From an uncultured Methanosarcinaceae archaeon (GTDB lineage: Archaea; Halobacteriota; Methanosarcinia; Methanosarcinales; Methanosarcinaceae), in the NCBI GenBank assembly GCA_963733675.1, contig CAVTET010000003.1, forward strand, positions 480,001 through 544,000: DNA of 64,000 nucleotides, in the 5' to 3' direction. Positions 58,737 through 64,000 of the stretch are shown piece after piece; the first letter of the stretch is position 1; the number at the start of each line of letters is the position of its first letter. The translations under genes and the position numbers were made by a program. The notes beneath the pieces were generated by a model. That model did not search any database, was not told where the DNA came from, and was given only the letters and a program-made list of their open reading frames with translations.

Positions 58737-58847
58737 GCAGTGTACCGAAAGTTCTGTGAAAATGATTGTTTTCCGTTCTTTTCTTTCAGTAAAAAAAGGA
58801 TTTCTAGGTTTCCTTGATCCATAGGTTTTATCACAAAAGCTGTGTAT
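58737..58847 (+). repeat. ~110-bp dispersed element ending in the P-box
   Basis: Roughly 80-85% identical by eye to 62619-62730; weaker copies near 57270-57356 and 57630-57712 (reverse). Confidence 0.85.
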
Positions 58848-59079
58848 AAATATGCTATCCTAAAAATATTGCTTTAAAAATATAAATTAAAATTTCAAAA
58901 CTCTGATTTTATGAGTCATTTAGATACTATTTTGAGCAGATGAAAAATATTTGGGTCAATCAAAATCCTCTTTAAGCTATTTTTATATAGAAAAATTGAT
59001 GGCACTCTGGTGTGCATCTGAGAATTGTGGATTTTTACAGTTCTAGAAAATGCAACATTTATCCTGCAGATGGATATGT

Positions 59080-61482
59080 TTAAATCTTTTGTATAGGTAC
59101 AAAATTATTCCCTGCATATGACAAAACTGATCTGAAAATGTTAATATCTAGCGCCTCTTTTAAGACCTCCTCAATAGTCTCTACAGTTACAAAGTTAAGT
59201 TCACTTCTTACATCCTCTGGTACATCATCCAGGTCACTTTCGTTTTCTTTTGGTAGAATTACTTTTTTTATACCTGCTCGGTGTGCTGCCAAAATCTTCT
59301 CTTTTATCCCACCCACAGGCAATACTGTACCGCTAAGAGTTATCTCGCCTGTCATGGCAATTTTTGGATCAACTGCTTTTCCAGTAATTAAAGATGTCAG
59401 GGTAGCAAAGAGTGTCACACCTGCTGATGGACCATCCTTTGGTGTTGCACCTGAAGGTACATGAATGTGGATATCGCTTGAAGTGAAATTAAAGCTATTT
59501 GCAGTATTTGCAAGCCGTGATCTGACAAGGCTCAATGCTATTTTTGCAGATTCCTTCATCACGTCACCAAGTTGGCCTGTGAGTGTAAGCTTCCCACTTC
59601 CAGGCATAAATGTACCTTCTATGAAGAGTATATCCCCCCCAACAGGCGTCCATGCAAGTCCTGTGACTACTCCCGGTAAATTCTCTTTTCTGACCTCTTC
59701 TTGGCGGATCAACTCTTTTCCAAGGATCCCTGTGAGCATATCTTTTTTCACTACGTAGGGGATATATGCACTCCCTGACACAATTTTCTCGGATACAAAC
59801 CTTGCGGTTCTTGCAAGCTGTTTTTTAAGCCCCCTTACTCCTGCTTCACGGGTATATTTTTCGATGATTACCATTAAGGCATCATCTTCAATCCGAAGTT
59901 TATCTGCATCAAGGCCATGTTCTTCCAGTATATCGGGCAGAAGATGATCTATTGCAATTGCAAGCTTCTCTTTTTTAGTGTAGCCTGATATCTCGATCAT
60001 CTCCATTCTGTCAAGGAGTGGCAAGGGGACATTTGACAGGGAATTAGCAGTGGCGATGAACAACACATCAGACAGATCATATGGGACTTCAAGATAATGG
60101 TCTGCGAATGTGTTGTTCTGTTCGGGATCAAGAACTTCAAGAAGGGCACTTGCAGGGTCTCCTCCATAGGAGAATGAGAGCTTATCGATTTCATCGAGGA
60201 CAAATACAGGATTTTTTGTACCTGCTTTTTTCATGCCTTGAATAATTCTTCCTGGCAGAGCTCCTATATATGTTCGCCTGTGCCCTCTGATCTCTGCTTC
60301 ATCTTTGATACCTCCAAGGCTAACTCGAACATATTTTCTGCCAAGAGCATCTGAGATACTTCTTCCAAGGCTCGTTTTGCCAGTGCCTGGAGGTCCTGTT
60401 AAAAGCAGAATTGAGCCTTGTTTTTCTTTCTTTAATTTCATTACTGCCAGATGTTGGATTATTCTCTCTTTGACCTTTTCAAGTCCTTTATGATTGTTCT
60501 CAAGCACACGGCGGGCTTCAGCAATATCTATGCTCTTTTTCTCTTCCGTTACCCAGGGAAGATCAAGCAAGAGATCAAGATAATTTCTGATAACAAGGCT
60601 TTCAGGATTATGGCTTCCTCCGATTTCAAGTTTCTTCGCCTCTGATAATGCCTTTTTCCTCAAATCTTCAGGCATCTTCGAGTTCTCAATTCTCTCCCGA
60701 TATCCTCCGTTGCATGAAGTAGAACAGTCACCTTCGTTAAGCTCTTCTTGAATTACTTTCAGTTGTTCTCGCAACATTGCTTCTCTATGTGACTTGTTTA
60801 TTTTTTCGGAAACTTTTTTTGCCACTTCAATCTGCAAGTTGATATTTTCTTTCTGTTTAGCCAAAGTATAAAGAAAGGCAAAATATCTTTCACGAATAGA
60901 AACAATTTCCAGAAGATCCTGTTTTTCGGAGAGTTTTATCGGTATATATGGCACAATATATCCCATAATTTGGCCAATGGAATTCATCTTATCGATTGGC
61001 TTAGTAAACTGTTCAGAACCTTGAAAACGGTTGCTTATCTCAAGAATTATCTTTTTTACATCTGCAATTATTTCTGCTTGAACTTCGTCATCCAGATCCG
61101 GAATATCAGAAATAGGTTCGTATTCAGAATAGAACTGTCCATTTTCCTTATACATGGAAATGGCTTCTACTCTTTGCACAGCTTCTGCAGCAATTAAATA
61201 TCCGTCATTAGCAGGTTGCACAAACGTGATTTTTAAAAGATTTCCTATTTTATACAAACTGTCTCCTGATAAGTCTGCAAATTTTATTCCACTCTTTACT
61301 GTTAGCCCGATTGCATATACAGGTTCGATATTTTTCATTTCACTTAATAATATTTCTCCTGTATTTTTGTCCGTCAAGAATTTTGTTCGGGTTTTCGGGT
61401 AAACAACTATTTCAAAAAGCGGTATTACAATGCTTTCTCTGATATTGTCGTTTTGTCTTGAATTCATTATCATTCTTTCCAA
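59080..61482 (-). CDS. lon: Endopeptidase La (bacterial-type LonA)
   Basis: GPPGTGKT, IRGHRRTYIGALPG, DEIDK, PKDGPSAG and VGGIKEK; no TM insert. Confidence 0.97.
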   Translation of the reverse strand: MERMIMNSRQNDNIRESIVIPLFEIVVYPKTRTKFLTDKNTGEILLSEMKNIEPVYAIGLTVKSGIKFADLSGDSLYKIGNLLKITFVQPANDGYLIAAEAVQRVEAISMYKENGQFYSEYEPISDIPDLDDEVQAEIIADVKKIILEISNRFQGSEQFTKPIDKMNSIGQIMGYIVPYIPIKLSEKQDLLEIVSIRERYFAFLYTLAKQKENINLQIEVAKKVSEKINKSHREAMLREQLKVIQEELNEGDCSTSCNGGYRERIENSKMPEDLRKKALSEAKKLEIGGSHNPESLVIRNYLDLLLDLPWVTEEKKSIDIAEARRVLENNHKGLEKVKERIIQHLAVMKLKKEKQGSILLLTGPPGTGKTSLGRSISDALGRKYVRVSLGGIKDEAEIRGHRRTYIGALPGRIIQGMKKAGTKNPVFVLDEIDKLSFSYGGDPASALLEVLDPEQNNTFADHYLEVPYDLSDVLFIATANSLSNVPLPLLDRMEMIEISGYTKKEKLAIAIDHLLPDILEEHGLDADKLRIEDDALMVIIEKYTREAGVRGLKKQLARTARFVSEKIVSGSAYIPYVVKKDMLTGILGKELIRQEEVRKENLPGVVTGLAWTPVGGDILFIEGTFMPGSGKLTLTGQLGDVMKESAKIALSLVRSRLANTANSFNFTSSDIHIHVPSGATPKDGPSAGVTLFATLTSLITGKAVDPKIAMTGEITLSGTVLPVGGIKEKILAAHRAGIKKVILPKENESDLDDVPEDVRSELNFVTVETIEEVLKEALDINIFRSVLSYAGNNFVPIQKI

Positions 61483-61502
61483 TTATGAGTTTAGTTGTTT
61501 AG

Positions 61503-61517
61503 TTAGACTTAACCTAA
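61503..61517. promoter_or_regulatory. Candidate MarR operator upstream of lon
   Basis: TTAGA-CTTAA-CCTAA, matching the site at 61980-61994. Confidence 0.5.
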
Positions 61518-61540
61518 GTATAAGATCCACTAAAAAAAAT

Positions 61541-61960
61541 TCATCTTATTTTTTCTAGAATTTCGATGAGACTATCTATCTCTCTTTCATCCAATAAAGT
61601 TACCATCTTTTCAATGATTTTCATCAAAGAATGCTCTTCAGAACGGGCTATCATTTGTCCTTTTTCGGTCAAATGGATATAAATTACTCTGCCATCATCT
61701 GGACATTTTTCTCTGTATACACATTCAAAATTAACAAATTTATTTACCATCTCTGTGATGGTTGGTTTTGAGTTCTTGGTGATTTTAGCAAGTTTGCTAA
61801 ATGTCACTTCCTCGTGTCCATCAATGGCTCTTAGATATCCGATCTGCTTCACAGTAATGTCCGGTAAACCACATTCAGATAAGATCTCACAAGAGCATTT
61901 GCCTTTGATTTTCATCAGGTTCTCAAAAACTGTAAACAAATGCTCTTTCTTTGAAATCAT
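61541..61960 (-). CDS. MarR-family transcriptional regulator
   Basis: ITVKQ..YL, SKPTITEMV and DGRVIYIHLTEKG. Confidence 0.92.
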   Translation of the reverse strand: MISKKEHLFTVFENLMKIKGKCSCEILSECGLPDITVKQIGYLRAIDGHEEVTFSKLAKITKNSKPTITEMVNKFVNFECVYREKCPDDGRVIYIHLTEKGQMIARSEEHSLMKIIEKMVTLLDEREIDSLIEILEKIR

Positions 61961-61979
61961 ATTTCTATCTTCTTTTTAG

Positions 61980-61994
61980 TTAGGATTTCCCTAA
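61980..61994. promoter_or_regulatory. Candidate MarR operator upstream of marR
   Basis: Perfect TTAGG-ATTTC-CCTAA palindrome abutting a TATATAT box. Confidence 0.55.
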
Positions 61995-62618
61995 ATATAT
62001 ACATTGTGGTGATGTCAAGTTTGACTATAGTATCGAAAAATTGAGTTTCTAATTAAGTTTGCCCATATTTTTAGTTTTGTTTAGGGTAGTATTCTACTAT
62101 TTTTTCTAAGTTTTTCTATTTATAATCTAGATTTAAATTAATTAGTTTCAAATGTTCAATAAACTACCTATGCCCTATAAGTTCCATAAACTCCATAAGT
62201 TATAGATCAACAATATTTTCATATTTAGATATACGGATAGCTGGATGCTGGGTAGTGGAGTAAACCCATACACCGTTAACGCATCTGCATTTCGAATTCT
62301 TATCTATAAGTAGACACACTTGTAATGTTTTAATTAATGTATAACATCACTTATTAAAAGTTTTAAAATTAACAGGAAAACTCTTCGATAACTATACTAT
62401 GTTAAGTTTTTAAATTTGAATTAATACTTTAAAATTTTTTATAATACTTTTTAGAAGCAAACTAAAGTAAATTTTTGCTTATGCTTTTTATAACTCCATC
62501 ATTCCATCTAATATAGGCATCTGTCAATATTCAACGATTTCCGAAGTAAATGCAAAAAACTAGTAAGAAAGCATAGCAAAATTTAATCAGTTCCTTTGTA
62601 ATCTATTTTAATTAAATA

Positions 62619-62730
62619 GCAGTGTATTGAAAGTTCTATAAAAACGATTGTTCTTCATTCTTTTCTTTCATTACAAAACAGGATTTTTAGGTATTCTTGA
62701 TCCATAGATTTTATTACAAAAATTTTGTAT
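62619..62730 (+). repeat. Second copy of the ~110-bp dispersed element
   Basis: Direct repeat of 58737-58847. Confidence 0.82.
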
Positions 62731-63268
62731 TAGTAAATAAAAGTTGTTCACATACAATGTTTAATTCAGGAAAATAGTAGGTTAAGCACTAAGTTGCTCT
62801 CGAAGAATATGAAAAATCTTTTGCGTTATCTGAAAGTTATAAAAGGTAACAATTATTAATATGTGCTTTTTTGTGCAATTAAACTTATTATATATAGGAC
62901 TTACATATTTGTAGTATAAAATCAAATTTAACATAATTTGTAGATTAAACTTTAATTTTCTAAAATTAAAGGTTTAATTCATTGATTTTCCGATTCAACT
63001 ATATAAATCAGGTATATTGTCAAGCATATGCAGTAAATAGACATATTCTTGCTTTCTTAAAGTCAGAAGTATAGACTTATTTACTACATAGTAATCCACT
63101 GTATTAATAAATGAAATCATATTTGAAACAATATTATTTTGGGATGATAAAGTTAAAAATAAAAATTTTAAGATGGATGTTGAGATCCACTCTGGCCTTT
63201 CCAGCGATTTCGTTTCCAAAATTTGTTTTCATCTATCATCACAAATATGGTTAATTAATTCAACAGAA

Positions 63269-63982
63269 CTACTCCACCTTTGTGTTGCTCACCTGAGTTT
63301 TTGAACTGGGTGTTGCAGGTGCAGAAGGTCCATATGTCGCATCTGATACTAAACCTGGTGTTGCTGGTGTTACTAACCCGTGTGTTCCTACAGCAGGTCT
63401 TGCTACCCCGGGGGATTTTTTGCCTTGATTTTGTTTACCTTGATTTAGTACACCTGGGTTTTGTCCACCTGGATATTGCCCATCTGGGTATTGTCCGTTT
63501 AAGTATTGTTCACCTATGAATAGTCCATCCTGGAATCTTTCTCTTAGGTATTGTTCACTTGGGAATTTTCCACCTAGGTTTTGTTCACCTGTTAATAGTC
63601 CACCTGGGAATTTTTCACCTTTGTTTTGTTCACTTGTTAATAGTCCACCTGGGAATTTTTCACCTTTGTTTTGTCCACCTGAGTATTGGCTACTTTGATA
63701 TTGTTTACTGGAGTATTTTTTACTTTTCTGTTGTTCACCGGAGTGTTTTCTGGCTTTGTGTTGTTTACTTGGGTGTTTTTCGGCTTTGTGTAGTTCACTG
63801 GGGTGCTTTGCACCTTTGAGTTGTTCACTTGAATATTCTCCGCCTTTATGTTGTTCACTGGAGTGAGAATGTTTTATTTCATCGGCAGCGCTTACTGTCG
63901 TAGCTGTCATTGAAATTATTACAAAAAATACTACCAAAATAACTAGTATATTTTTTCTTCTGTCAAATGTTTGTTTTCCCAT
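63269..63982 (-). CDS. Secreted low-complexity repeat protein
   Basis: Signal peptide ending MTATTVSA-A; 5/10-aa repeats HSSEQ/HPSKQ/YPGGQ; Pro/Thr/Ala tail. Confidence 0.8.
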   Translation of the reverse strand: MGKQTFDRRKNILVILVVFFVIISMTATTVSAADEIKHSHSSEQHKGGEYSSEQLKGAKHPSELHKAEKHPSKQHKARKHSGEQQKSKKYSSKQYQSSQYSGGQNKGEKFPGGLLTSEQNKGEKFPGGLLTGEQNLGGKFPSEQYLRERFQDGLFIGEQYLNGQYPDGQYPGGQNPGVLNQGKQNQGKKSPGVARPAVGTHGLVTPATPGLVSDATYGPSAPATPSSKTQVSNTKVE

Positions 63983-64000
63983 TAAATATACACTCCCGAT

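Noticed and set aside
50528-62730. Classical integron
   Set aside because: No intI and no RYYYAAC...GTTRRRY attC boundaries around the genes; genes lie on both strands with long spacers

Overview
AT-rich archaeal chromosomal DNA, most likely Methanosarcina or a close relative. This is inferred from the HTH/HMG-CoA synthase/thiolase/DUF35 cluster, the PKD-bearing C1A protease and the style of the Tat, TraB and AmrS genes. Intact core genes (tatC, two tatA, traB, P-type H+-ATPase, amrS, cyaB, mevalonate-entry cluster, lon, marR) are interleaved with at least seven IS6 copies or fragments, many pseudogenes and several unannotated dispersed repeat families. The most striking unexplained structure is a 28-bp 11-6-11 imperfect palindrome (ACATAGGTTTT-N6-AAAACTRTGCA, here called the P-box) seen about 12 times. 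In 50.5-62.7 kb it sits in or beside repeat pairs that bracket successive gene modules: a decayed cargo, a TPR gene plus a STAND-like NTPase with 14 TPRs, a tandem DUF2934-like protein, and lon-marR. A site-delimited cassette chain is a hypothesis only, since no recombinase is in the window. No rRNA, tRNA or CRISPR array was recognised. All alignments were done by eye.
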